From positions 3,968,001 through 4,032,000 of the forward strand of contig CM059430.1 in the NCBI GenBank assembly GCA_030390025.1: a stretch of DNA of 64,000 bases. Direction: 5' to 3'. A program made the position numbers and the translations under genes. The stretch's first letter is position 1. Every line of letters starts with the position of its first letter. The notes under the pieces were generated by a model, which saw only the letters and a list, made by a program, of their open reading frames with translations, did no database searches and was not told where the DNA came from. This document shows, piece by piece, positions 27,630 to 40,075 of the stretch. This DNA comes from Squalus acanthias (Eukaryota).

Positions 27630-28955
27630 CTAAAAATTGAAACATAAAAGAAATAAATAAATGCATTATACATAGAAATAAACTCTAACATCTGACATAC
27701 TGCTACCAAATACTTTAGGATAAATTGGCCCTTAGAGTAATATATTCCTTCTATATTTTACGGAAAACTGAGTATCTACAAGATTAACATTCCATAAAAT
27801 TCTAAAGCCTGAATTACTCTTGGCAATATAAGTGGACAAAGGCTCAACTCTCTGCCCACTATTTTAGCAGGAGTATTAGCTCATTTCAAATAAATCGGTT
27901 AATCCCTTACAGGCAGAGACAGGAGAAATTATAACGGGGAATAAGGAAATGGCAGAGACATTTCATCTGTCTTCACGGAAGAAGACACAAAAAACATTCC
28001 GGAAATAGTGGGCAGCCAAGGGTCCAGTGAGAATGAGGAACTTAAAGAAATTATTATTAGTAAATAATTAGTACTGGAGAAATTAATGGGACTAAAAGCC
28101 AAAGAAATCCCCTGGACCTGATGGCCTACATCCGAGGGTTTAAAAACAGGTAGCTACAGAGATAGTGGATGCATTGGTTTTGATCTTCCAGAATTTCCTA
28201 TATTCTAGAATGGTCCCCGTGGATTGGAAGGTAGCAAATTCAAGAAAGGAGGGAGAGAGAAAACAGGGAACTATAGACCAGTTAGCCTGACAACAGTAGT
28301 AGGGAAAATGCTAGAATGTACTGTTAGGGATGTGGTAGCAGTGCACTTAGAAAATCATGATATGATTAGGCAGAGTCAGCATAGATTTATGAAAAGGAAA
28401 TCTTGTTTAACAAATCTGTTTGAGATTTTTGAGGTTGTAACTAGCAGGGTAGTTAAGGGGGAACCAGTGGATGTAGTGTATTTGGATTTTCAAAAAGCAT
28501 TCGATAAGGTGCCTCACAAGAGGTTATTACACAAAATTAGGACCCATGGGATTGGGGGTAATATACTAGCATGGATTGAGGATTGGTTAATGGACAGAAA
28601 ACAGAGAGTAGGAATAAACAGGTCATTTTCAGGTTGGCAGGCTGTAACTAGTGGGGTACCACAAGGATCAGTGCTTGGGCCTCAGCTATTCACAATCTAT
28701 ATCAATGACTCAGATGAGTGGACCGAGTGCAATGTATCCAAGTTTGCTGACAATACAAAGCTAGGTGGGAAAGTAAATTGTGAGGAGGACGCAAAGAGGC
28801 TGCAAAGGGATATAGACAGACTAAATGAGTGGGCAAGAACATGACAGATGGAATAAAATGTGGAGAAATGTGAAGTTATCCACTTTGGTAGGAAAACTAG
28901 AAAAGCAGAATATTTATTAAATGTTGAGAGATTGGGAAATGTTGGTATTCAAAGG

Positions 28956-29172
28956 TGGTCATGATGCGGAGATGCCGGTGTTGGACTGGGGTGGACAAAA
29001 ATGAGAAGTCGCACAACACCAGGTTATAGTCCAACAGTTTTATTTGAAATTACGAGCTTTCGGAGCGCTGCTCCTTCGTCAGGTGAAGTGAGGGAATACA
29101 AATCGGCTCCGAAAGCTCGTAATTTCAAATAAAACTGTTGGACTATAACCTGGTGTTGTGCGACTTCTCATT
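28956..29172. mobile_element. Palindromic Penelope-like pLTR insertion, family A, nested in a CR1
   Basis: 69-bp perfect inverted arms 28998-29066 and 29106-29174; tail 28956-28997. 14-bp direct repeat TTGGTATTCAAAGG at 28942-28955 and 29173-29186. CR1 ORF2 sequence resumes across the insertion. Confidence 0.85.
29050..29086 (-). ncRNA. Minimal hammerhead ribozyme motif
   Basis: Minus strand reads TCAC-CTGACGA-A-GGAGC agc GCTCC-GAA-AGCT-C-GTAA: perfect 5-bp stem II, CUC cleavage triplet, one mismatch in stem I. Confidence 0.72.
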
Positions 29173-30076
29173 TTGGTATTCAAAGGGATCTGGGTGTCCT
29201 TGTACACGAATCACTGAAAGTGAGTATGCAGGTACAGCATGCAAATAGGAAAGCAAATGGTATGTTAGCCTTTATTTCAAGGGGGTTGGAGTATAAGAGT
29301 AAAGAAGTCTTACTGCAATTATATAGGGCCTTGGTAAGACCACACCTGGAGTACTGTGTACAGTTTTGGTCTCCTTACCCAAGGAAGAATATACTTGCCA
29401 TAGAGGGAGTGCAACGAAGGTTCACCAGACTGATTCCTGGAATGGGGGGGATTGTCCTATGAGGAGAGATTGAGGAGACTAGGCCTATATTCCCTAGAGA
29501 TTAGAAAAATGAGAGGTGATCTCATTGAAATGTATAAAATTCTTAAGGGGCTTGACAGGGTAGATGCTGGAGGATGTTTCCCCTGGCTGGGGAGTCTAGA
29601 ACTCGGTGTCACAGTCTCAGAATAAGGGGTCGGCCATTTAGGACTGAGATGAGGAAAAATTTCTTCACTCAATGGGTTGTGAATCTTTGGAATTCTCTAC
29701 CCTAGAGGGCTGTGGATGCTCAGTCGTTGAGTATATTCAAGACAGATATTGATAGCTTTTTGGATACTAAGGGAACCAAGGGATATGGGGATAGTGCGGG
29801 AAGGTGGAGTTGAGGTTGAAGATCAGCCATGATCTTATTGAAGATCAGCCATGCTCTTATTGAATGGCTCGAAGGGTCGAATGGCCTGTTCCTGTTCCTA
29901 TTTCTTATGTTCTTATGTTAAAACAGCAAACAGAGGAATGTCATACAAATGTGTTCAATGGTCACCCATTAATGTTGCCAGTGATTTCTAAGCAAATAGG
30001 ACTAAAATGATCACTAAAGAAAAGGTAAATATCTCTTTCATCAGCTCTCCAACGGTCAAGAGAAACTGAACATATC

Positions 30077-30697
30077 GGCTCGGATTTTGGGTGGGTAATG
30101 ATGGCGAACTTTCAGCGTTCGCCTTCATTACCCCTCTGAAACTGACCGTAACTTCAGGATTTAGCGCATGCGCACCTAAACGCAGAAATTCTGAAGACGC
30201 TTTCAGTCATTCACTGCTCCGACACAGGCTGCGCTGTGGACCCTGCCCCCCAAATAGCCGGCAATCAGTGAAATCAGTAGAACTGACTAAAACTTGAGCT
30301 TTTCCGCACTAATATTGTTGTTAACACCCCATGAAATAGGTGTAACTGGGGTTTTAATAGCATATTGACTGCTAAACAACCATTCTGGTCCTGAAAAACT
30401 AATTTTTATATTTGTGGATTGTAAAATTTCTCCATTATGATAAAAATTACAATTTCCAAAAAAAATATTTCCTGGTGTGCTGTCTGTGAGAATTCTTCAA
30501 CGTGATTGGCTGCTTAGACAGCTTGATGATGTCACTGCTGCATCGCCATAGTAATCCCCTATTCACAGCGCTACAATCAATTACACGTTGAGAAACCTCA
30601 AGTTTTCGCCACAGAGATCTCGAGATCTCCGAGGGCAGCTTTCTACGAGGTCAATGGCGAGCGCCTTTGCTGTGCCGCTGACCGCAAATTACGGACT
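30077..30697. mobile_element. MITE-like non-autonomous DNA element
   Basis: Ends GGCTCGGATTTTGGGTGGGTA and GCCGCTGACCGCAAATTACGGAC, AT-rich centre, TA-containing flanks. Confidence 0.5.
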
Positions 30698-32034
30698 ATA
30701 GAACTTGGCCAACATTGTACACGTGCAGCAGAAACGTCAACCTCCAAGGAGCATTTATTATGACAGCAGGACTTGGGATTGCGGGCGGGGGGGGGGGCGA
30801 TGCTGAGGGGCGGGAGGAAGACACCTCACCAATGTTCCCGCTAAGCTGCGCAGCGGTCTGGAGGTCCCGCACAGGCCGCTCACCGGCTTATCAACGGAAG
30901 AGACCGCGCGTGCGTGAAAATTTGAATGGGTCACGCAGCCAGTTAAAGGGACTGCGCACAAAAAAAGAGAGGGGGACATTGCACCTCACGCATTATAATC
31001 AGCTGTTTAATGTACGTCTAACACCCGAGTTTGTGCATCTGGTGGTGTACCATAGGTTAAATCATTTTTACTCAGAATAGTTGACAACAGTCATCTGTTG
31101 TGATTTTATCAAGCTCAGGGCATCTTTGGATGCACAAGAATTTTTGGTAGCTTTTGGGCAACACATGAAAAAACAAAGTATGCAAGGCAGGGACGAAATG
31201 ATTTCTAACATGGTCCAAAAGGATAAACTGACCAACAAAGCAGAATGTATGTTTATTTACACTCACCACTCACGGGGTGAATCACAATTTTTGCTCCAAC
31301 AGTAAAAAAAAACGGAAAATTGATTTTTAAAATTGCAAGTTTTCAACTATTAACGGTTTTCCCAGAAATCCCAGAATACTGCACAGCAACAGAAGCGCTT
31401 CTGTCCTAAGTAGATATAAATCATGTAATTCTGCTTTAGTGTAATTGTATATGTTGCAAACATTACTGATTGGCAATGGGGTTGGTACTGCTGGACCCTT
31501 CTCCACCAACTGAAATGACAGTGTGATGAACTAGTGAAGCAAACATTTACTTAACCCAAGTTCAATCAATATACTTTATTCACAAAATTTCCACTCTGGA
31601 AACCGATCCAGCAGCCAACTGGCTGAAGGCTAGACAAATCCGTGGCATTCTGTGCACATCGCTCATCAAAATGAGATTATTTTTTAAAAAAACAACAAAA
31701 AGCAAGTATCTCTAATGCAATTACCAATGTTTTTTACAGTCTAAAGTGGATTGTCTGTAGTTCTACCTTGGAACAGGACTGGAACAGTAATACTGTTTGC
31801 CCACAGTGCTTTACTTTGACTGACATCTGCTCAGCTACAAGTGCCTAAACTGTCACTAATTATAAATGAGATTTATAGTGCGTGCATTCAATGCCATGTA
31901 TGACTTTGCAGCTTCACGATAGAAGGTGAATATTCTACCACCATCATTTAAATAAGGCTGCAGAAGATTTCAAAAGCATCAGCAATTTCTTTACTGATAG
32001 AGGAGAATAACATTAACCCCGTTTAACTCTAAAG

Positions 32035-32408
32035 GAAGAATGAACAAACTTGCATTTATATAGCACCTTTTATGTCCTCAAGATGTCCCAAAGCATTTGA
32101 CAGCAAATGAATTACATTTGAAATGTAGTCACTCCTGTTTTGTAGACAAACACTTCAGCCAACTTGCATGCAGCAAGATCTCACAGACAGCAATGAGATA
32201 AGAGACAAGGTAATCTATTTTCGGTGGTGTTGGTTGTGAGATGAATCTTGGCGAGGACACCAGGAGAACTCTTCTGTTCTTCAAATAGTGCCATGGGATC
32301 TTTTACAGTCATTCGAAAAGGCAGACATACTTGGTTTAATGTCTCATTCAAAAGACGGCACCTTCGACAATGTGCTCCCGTCCTGGAGTGGAGCTTGAAC
32401 CTATGAAG
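32035..32408 (-). mobile_element. Same SINE family; its 5' head continues at about 34073-34115 beyond the CR1 insertion
   Basis: AACTTGCATTTATATAGC...GCCATGGGATCTTTTAC...GGAGCTTGAACC, then GATTCAGAGGCAAAAGTGCTGCTACTGAGCC. Confidence 0.7.
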
Positions 32409-34070
32409 CATAGAATCATAGAATAGTACAGCACAGAAGGAGGCCATTCGGCCCATCGAGTCTGCACCGGCTCTTTCGAAGAGCAATGCAGCTAGTCCTA
32501 CTCCCCCGCTCTTTCCCCATATCCCTGCAATTTTTACTGCTTTGAGTATTTATCCAATTCCCTTTTGAAGGTTGCTATTGAATCTGTATCCACCACCCTA
32601 TCAGTCAGTGCATTCCAAATCCTAACCACTCGTTGTGTAAAGAAGTTTTCCTCATGTCGCCTCTGGTTCTTTTGACAATCACCTTAAATCTGTGCCCTCT
32701 CGTTATCGACCCTTCAGCCATTAGAAACAGTTTCTCTTTATTTACTCTCTCTAAGCCCTTCATGATTTTAAACACTAACAAATCTCCTCTTAGCCTTCTC
32801 TGCTCCAAGGAGAACAATCCCAGCTTCTCCAGTCTATCCATGTAACTGTAATCCCTCATCCCTGGAACCATCTCTTCTGCACCCTCTCCAAAGCCTCACG
32901 TCCTTCCTAAAATGCGGTGCTTAGAATTGGACACAATACTCCAGCTGGGGCCGAACTAGTGTTTTATAAAGGTTCAGCATAACTCCCTGGCTCTTGTACT
33001 CTATGCCTCTATTTATAAAGTCATGGATCTCCTATGCTTTATTAACTGCTCTATTGATTGCTTTATCCTGCCACCTTCAAAGATTTGTGCATAAACACCC
33101 ACAGGCCTCTCTCTTCTTGCATCCCCTTTAAAATTGTACCATTTAGCATGTATTGTCTCTCCTCATTCTTCCTACCAAAATGCATCACCTCACACTTTCC
33201 TGCATTGAATTTCATCTGCCACGTGTCTGCCAAATCCTCCAGCCTGTTTATGTCCTCTTGAAGTCTATTACTATCTTTCTCACTGTTCACTACACTTCCA
33301 AGTTTTGTGTCATCTGTAAATTTCAAAATTGTGCCCTGTACCCCCAAGTCCAAGTCATTAATGTGTATCTGAAACAGCAGTGGTCCTAGTACTGAACTCT
33401 GCGGACTCCACTGGATACCTCCCTCCAGTCTGAAAACAGCCATTCACCACAACTCTCTGTTTCTATCCTGTAGCCAATTTTGTATCCATGTTGCTACTGC
33501 CCCTTTTTATCTCATGGGCTTCAATTTTGCTAACAAGCCGAGTATGTGGTACTTTATCAAACGCCTTCTGAAATTCCATATACACCACATCAACTGCACT
33601 GCCCTCATCCACCCTCACTGTTACCTCATCAAAAAACTCAATCAAGTTAGTCAAACAGGATTTGCCCTTAACAAATCCGTGCTGGCTCTCCTTTATTAGT
33701 CCGTGCTTGTCCAAGTGGCTGTTAATTTTCTCCCAGATTATTGTTTCTAAAAGCTTCCCCACCACTGATGTTAAACTGACTGGCCTGTAATTACCAGGTT
33801 TATCCTTCTCCCCTTTTTTAACATGGGTGTGTACATTTGCAATCCTCCAGTCCTCTGGCACCACCCCTGTACTAAGGAGGATTGGAAGACTGAGGCCAGC
33901 ACCTCCGCAATTTCTACCCTTACTTCCCTCCGCAACCTCGGATGCATCTCATCTGGGCCGGATGACTTATCCACTTTAAGTACTGCCAAGCCTTCCTAGA
34001 ACCTCAACTTTATCTCCTCGTTTATTATATCTTTGGCAAAGTCCTCTTCCATGATAAATACCAATGCAAA
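32409..34070 (-). mobile_element. CR1 LINE (different subfamily) inserted into a SINE head
   Basis: RT fragments at 33463-33864, 33063-33443 and 32605-32871; 3' end TTCTATGATTCTATG on the minus strand; SINE sequence resumes at about 34073. Confidence 0.92.
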
Positions 34071-35344
34071 ATAGCACTTTTGTGATTCAGAGGCAAAAGT
34101 GCTGCTACTGAGCCCAGCTAACACTTCTAAATAAAGTAGGTTCTTTGGGCTGGATTTTCACACAGAAGAGCTGGATTGGTCACAAAAGGATTGTGAATCA
34201 ACTGCAGGGAGCACGTAATTTCGGAAAAGCGTTCCTTTTGTAAGTGACACTATCAGTAATATATATACACATGGCTTTTGCTGGTTCAAATTATTACAGT
34301 AGTTTCAGATTCTGGACCCAATTTTTTAAAGAGCTCAAAAAAAAGTCAGCGTTATTTTCATCTATTAAGTCCAATTAGTCCAATAAAAGGTCATCTTCCC
34401 ATCAGATACTGCACACAGGCTCAATAAATAAACAGTTTACAAGAAGGGTAAGTGCCAAGGTATCACAGAACTCGAGTCCACATCTCTGGATTGAAGGCCC
34501 CGAGACATGGGAATTTCCTTAAATCTTCCCCGAGGATAGGACCATGTCAGGAGGAATTGAAATCGAAGCTCAGGATGAGAAGCCCTGTTTCTTGCATCTG
34601 AAGTTGACATTCATATTTCGAGGTGTTCCAATCGTTATGAAGCTGGAAACCCTCACAAACTGTGCTAACCTGCCGTAAGCAGAGATGATGCTGCTCCAAA
34701 GTTTGAACTAATCGACACTCATGAATTGATTCTGAAATCAATGTAAACTCAAACATTTTTGAAACGTCCATTTCCCCCCCATCCAATGAAAAATATTATA
34801 CAGTCTGCTTGAAAGTGGCTCAAATTCTTGTCCAAATTAAAGTCTCACCAACATAATGGAGCTGGCACAATCATATATTAATATAAATTATTAAAGCACA
34901 TCCTCTTCATGAAGTGTGAAACTGCTACATTAAATATTTCTCTTCCTAATACACTACATGCTAACTACATTTTAATGTGCCCCTGATGTTCACCAACAGT
35001 GACCCGAAAGGCTTTAAAGCTTTTTCTTGCTACCACTCCAGTCATCTGAGAGTTAATAACCTTATTGAATAATCAATGCCATAAATGCTTCTCAATTTAC
35101 AGGAAAACGTGGTCTGCTAGGACAGCTATTGATAAACTGGCACATCTTTGATCTTGCACTGGGAACCAGTTTACTGAAACTGAGTACGGCACGTCTGAGG
35201 ATAAGCATGTATAGAATTTTACAGGGGTTAACAATTCATTCTCATCACCCCTTCCTTTTCACTGCTACTGTTTCAATTGTCAAAAATTGAAAATTTACAT
35301 TGAAAGCTGCCCCAGTGAAGGAATCTGCCTTTTTAATACAATTT

Positions 35345-35745
35345 TTAAAAATCATTCTTCCCCTATTTCTCCTCTCCTGAAGGCACTGACTCCGGCTGGG
35401 ACATGGTTCTATATGTGCTCGGCTGCCTTCAGTAGCTCATCCGAGTGCCCATTCTTCATGCTTAAAGCTGATGGTGAGTTCTCGTGGGCTATTGAACGTG
35501 GAGGGCATCACGACCGAGACGGATTTTGTGCTCATCCGACATCCACACTTCCAGTGGGGGAGGGGGGGTCACTGACAGTGAGCAGAGGCAAAAAAACCTG
35601 GATAATTCCCCTCCATAACCCACAGCACTTAAATTCAAATTTAACGGCTTTTTATGTCACCTCACCTAAAATCAGCACAAACCTGGGATCTCCTGAGCTG
35701 TCCAGCATAGCCGCTCACTGGCATAACCAACTGAGCTATTCGGGG
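35345..35745 (-). mobile_element. Unclassified old tRNA-headed SINE (related copy at about 62790-63153)
   Basis: Minus strand starts CCCCGAATAGCTCAGTTGGTT (A-box). CATTCTTCAT, CTTCCAG, TCACTG and CAGCACA.ACCTG.GATC blocks are shared with the 62.8-kb copy. Confidence 0.45.
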
Positions 35746-38700
35746 AGTTTTGAAACAGGTTTAATCACAAAAAGCATTGTAGAGACACACTTTTCACCAT
35801 CACTGAGGCAGGCAACTTATAACTCTTCCAACGATAACATGTCTGAGAATGGACTTCACCAAAAATTCTCAATGCGTTCAATTTTATTTTAAAAAGGACA
35901 ATATAAAACATAAAGGCTTCAGCTGCATGTACAAAAGATTTATTGTTGTACAGCTACTGGACAGAAGTAACTCTAATTTACTTTCTTTAAACTTCAATTT
36001 CTCTTGCTGAAGCCTGTAAAGGAAGTTTCAGCAAACCGCCCACCCTCTCGGCTACAGCTTCCAATTTGTAACCGTGCTGCACTGTGAGGATATCATCACA
36101 AAGCCTCCTTTCGCGTTGAGCGATGGGGACAAGCACTGGTGTCGAACTGCTGGAGGATAAAATTCGTGCTGCAGCAGACTGCAGCCCAAAGCACTTTGCC
36201 AACAGCCATCATAAAAAAGGCCCTTGCTCAAACTCTGCATCTCTGACTTGTCTGATGGGTGTTTCAATTCTGTCTTAATTGTAATCTTTATTTGTTCACT
36301 GAATTCCATGGTCCTTTATGAAAGAAAAATTATTCACGTACACATTTCTCCCACGTTTTCCCGCTCTCCCCGCTCGTTAAATTCCCCCAACATGCCCCGT
36401 GCTGCTGCTGGGTCTCAGCAGCTCTGAACTGGGTTATGGGGAGAGAGAGAGAGAAGAAAAGGAATAAACACAAGTTTGGCTAACTCTCTGTAAATCAACT
36501 CGCCCTCCCTCAGGCTGAGCATTATGTCATTTCCAGAATACCAGACACTGGGAACTCACTGCAAGAGAAATCAAGAAGGATGGAGCCTCTTGTCCGACCA
36601 CTTGGTAACAGTGTGCACCAATGTGCTAACACTCCTCATTCAAACTACTGCTGTATCCTGTCTGAATGCATTTCAATTCCAGTACAGCACTGAAAAGATA
36701 ATAGAGGCTTCAGTTTGAACTCATCAGGAGGCACACCTACAACATTCTTTGATTAAAAGTCAACGAGAGCATGAATGGGCTGCCACCGCACATGAGCCCT
36801 CTCAATGGGAAAAAAATGATCAAAGGCACAAATGGCATAAGTGGAGGAACTGTTTAAAAAATACAGTCTACTTCAACAATGGGATCCAAAAAGACACAAT
36901 CTAAAAACCTTTTATTCAAGAGCACACATTTTGAAAAGATTACTGCCTGCTCCAGGTCGCTAGAAATCTCTGGTAGATCACAGCTGACTTAGCACAGCAA
37001 GGAAGTAATCGCCATGATCTGCTCTCAGTCCCAGAACAGTCCGCCAGGTAATTATCTATTAAAATACACTTGCCCCATCCGGGAGGCATGTTGTTCAAAC
37101 ATCTGCATACGTTTGCGTTGAAGGGTTTAACAGCAGGACCTACCAAAGCATAAAACGTTAAAAACAAAGTAAGGTTGTAAAGTGTGTCCGTGTTATTTGT
37201 TTGTGGGAATGCCAATGCTGCATGCTGGCAGATCATGTCCGGAGGACGGGAAGATGACAGTAATGCACGGAGACTGAGAAGGAATGTAAATCAAAATGAT
37301 CATATCTGATAAAAACCATTCTGTCGCCCCAGCATGATGTCCAGTTTTCATCAAGTACAATTTATTCTAATCATCTTCCTCCATAAGACCGAGTCCCCAG
37401 TGATGAAGTTCTGTAAATGACTACTCAAGGCCAAGATGAGCTCTCGCTACCTTAATTTCCGCTCGCCAACTATTCCAACTGACTGCAGATGTAAGCAGAT
37501 GAGGATTATTGAATTGCAATGTGTGGCAGCATGAGGAGAACCTCTAGCCATTCACTTAGTTCAAACTGTTTGGCACTCCAAGTTCCAAATATATTCCAGT
37601 TATTCAAAGCTTTCAATAAGACAGACTTGAAGGTTCAAGTAGAATGTTTTTTGATGGGATAAGCTCTCATTTTTAAAGTTCAGGGCACCTGTTTACTTTC
37701 ATCACCATTTTACATCGATGGGATTTTTCTGAGAGAACTGTAAGGGGCCACTTTCCACAGTGAACAAAATTATAGCATTCCCCCCCCCGCACCCCCCGCC
37801 ATACTTTCTTTAAAAAAAGCATAATTCGCAACCAAATCTCAGTCCCTGAGTGAGGTTCATCTGCTTTAGCACAACAGGCCAGTGGAAAGGCCAAATGACT
37901 GTTCTCAGAACTCATGCTAACAGCCTTCGTAATTATGCTCTTTTTTTGCCCAGTTTGAGAGTTTTCTGCTATTCCAACTGTGTGCTGTGGGTTGTTTACA
38001 ATGTGCTGATGTAACGCTGATTCAGCAGCTGACCTATATGCTAACCACTGTATCTTAATGATGTAATGCACCAGTAAGTTGCATTGACAGTTAGCTAGAA
38101 ATTTTGTCTCACTTTCTTAAAGCAGCAGCAACCCTTCTGCACGGCAAAAACTTCTGCACATAAAAGAAAAAAGCTTTAAGCTGATGACCTGTGTAAATAA
38201 TGACAGGTTACCTTGAGGATTTACTGAAGTAAAATTTAAATACTTCTGTACGGAGGATTAGGACAGGCGCCTGTACACAGATAAAGTACATTTTTGTGTC
38301 CTGATTTCAATCTGGGTCCAAACTTCAGTTCAACTGTAGTCAAGTGTTTGCTTTGTTCAAGCTCATAATGACGCGAGTGTCATCCTCAAAGGCATTTCTA
38401 AGCCAATATATTACTAAATCTTTTAAGTTTTAAAAAGTTAATGGGGTGTAATTATTCTTTTAATGAAAAGCTGGAGCCTGCGTGTTTTTCTTCACAATGA
38501 ACGATCCATTAATAAAAATCGTATGTGCTGACGACACAGTTTTCACAAATAAAAACTCTCACTTCCATTTTTAAAAGGAATTTCACGTGTTTCTGAGAAT
38601 ACCATGAATTGAGATGTTTTCTACAGTTTAATAAATTGTCCTAACTGCACTGTATAATACTCGGCATCAGAATTTTAGATTTCTAAATACTTCACTGCTG

Positions 38701-40075
38701 AAAATTGAAGTGTATTTCGACAGGAAGATGTGAAGGACATTCAAAGACAAATTGCTTTATAAAGATGAGGGCACAAAAATGGCAAAGGACTTTCCTGTAG
38801 TTAGTGCATCAAGGGGCATTTTTAATGTGTGTGCGTGTGAGCACGTGCGCTTACAGACAGAATTTTGCTGGATTGTGTGCCTTACACTTTTGTGATGTCA
38901 TGCCATAAAGGAACTCCAGGGTAAGAATTCCTCTGGTCAATATGTGTAGTGACATTGTAAATGTGTTTGTGAAGATTTCCTCTATTTGGCATCTCGAGCA
39001 CACATTCTAAAAGGGCGTGTTTACAATTTCACTGCACAAGGTGACCACAGGAATTCTTACCCATCCAAGTTTGACAAGCTAGAGTCTGTGGCTGGTGTGG
39101 GTTTGAAGGGAAAGAGACTGGGTTCCTCGTTCCTCCCCTGACTCCACTGTACACCAGGAGGAAAAAAGTGAATTCAAAACTGTAAATGTGTACATAAACA
39201 TAATACAAAGTCAAACTCTGAAATCATTTTATTCCCTGGTGTATGTGGGATGGGGAGAAAGGAGGAAGAATGTATTCATACTCCCAGGCTGGATCAAGAG
39301 GCTCTCTCAGCTCACGCTGCGCGCTGATATTTTGTGGTGCCATTCAGATTGGGAGCGTCTGAATTGGGGAAGGCCTCTGAATAAAACTCTGAGCCCATCT
39401 GAATACTTATTTCCAGATGTTTATTTGACAAAAATCTGCTTGAAAACTTCTGTTTTTAAACAAAGAGCAATTTTTGTGACACTATCTCCTCAACTGTGCA
39501 GCCAGGAACTGTTTCTCAGAAGTTAAACACCCACAGCACAAGAAGAGACTTTCCTTTCCGTGACTCTGGGAATCAGTCATTTAGACCATTTTGACTCTGA
39601 AGTGGAATCAAACAGGATTGTAGAAGTGAGGCTGCCATGATTAGCTGCTCAAGCAACTCCATTAACATTCAGGCTATCTCACATCTCCTGCACGATCAGT
39701 CACAACAGCCACGTCATCTTTAATTAAGCATTTATCCAACAAAGGGAGTTGTTCACAGGGAAGGAAACTATCCAAGACGTTCTTACGGACACACTCCTTC
39801 ACTCTTAAAATCACATTACCACCAGGAGCAACTCCATTCACTATGGCTATTCAACCAAGGTCTGTTACATTTCCACAATTGTAAACTAGAGACACTTATA
39901 TCCAACTATGCAGATGCAAATGTCGGCCAGCTCGATGACATCCCATTTCCAGCTGTTGTTAGCCAGAGAAACCCAGTGGAAGTGAAAGAGCAACCATACC
40001 AGGCATCCACATTTGATAACCATACCTTATTAGTATAAAATCCATGGCCAGAGGGTTAATTGCACACACCAGTGG

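Larger units (their letters stand above)
27888..29919 (+). mobile_element. 5'-truncated CR1 LINE with frameshifts and stops
   Basis: RT ORF pieces at 28224-28844 and 29220-29462; 3' end TTCTTATGTTCTTATG; 22-bp tandem duplication in the 3' UTR (about 29817-29865); interrupted by the family A palindrome. Confidence 0.93.

Noticed and set aside
35287-35892. 201-aa ORF
   Set aside because: Non-ATG start, overlaps a decayed SINE, no protein motifs.
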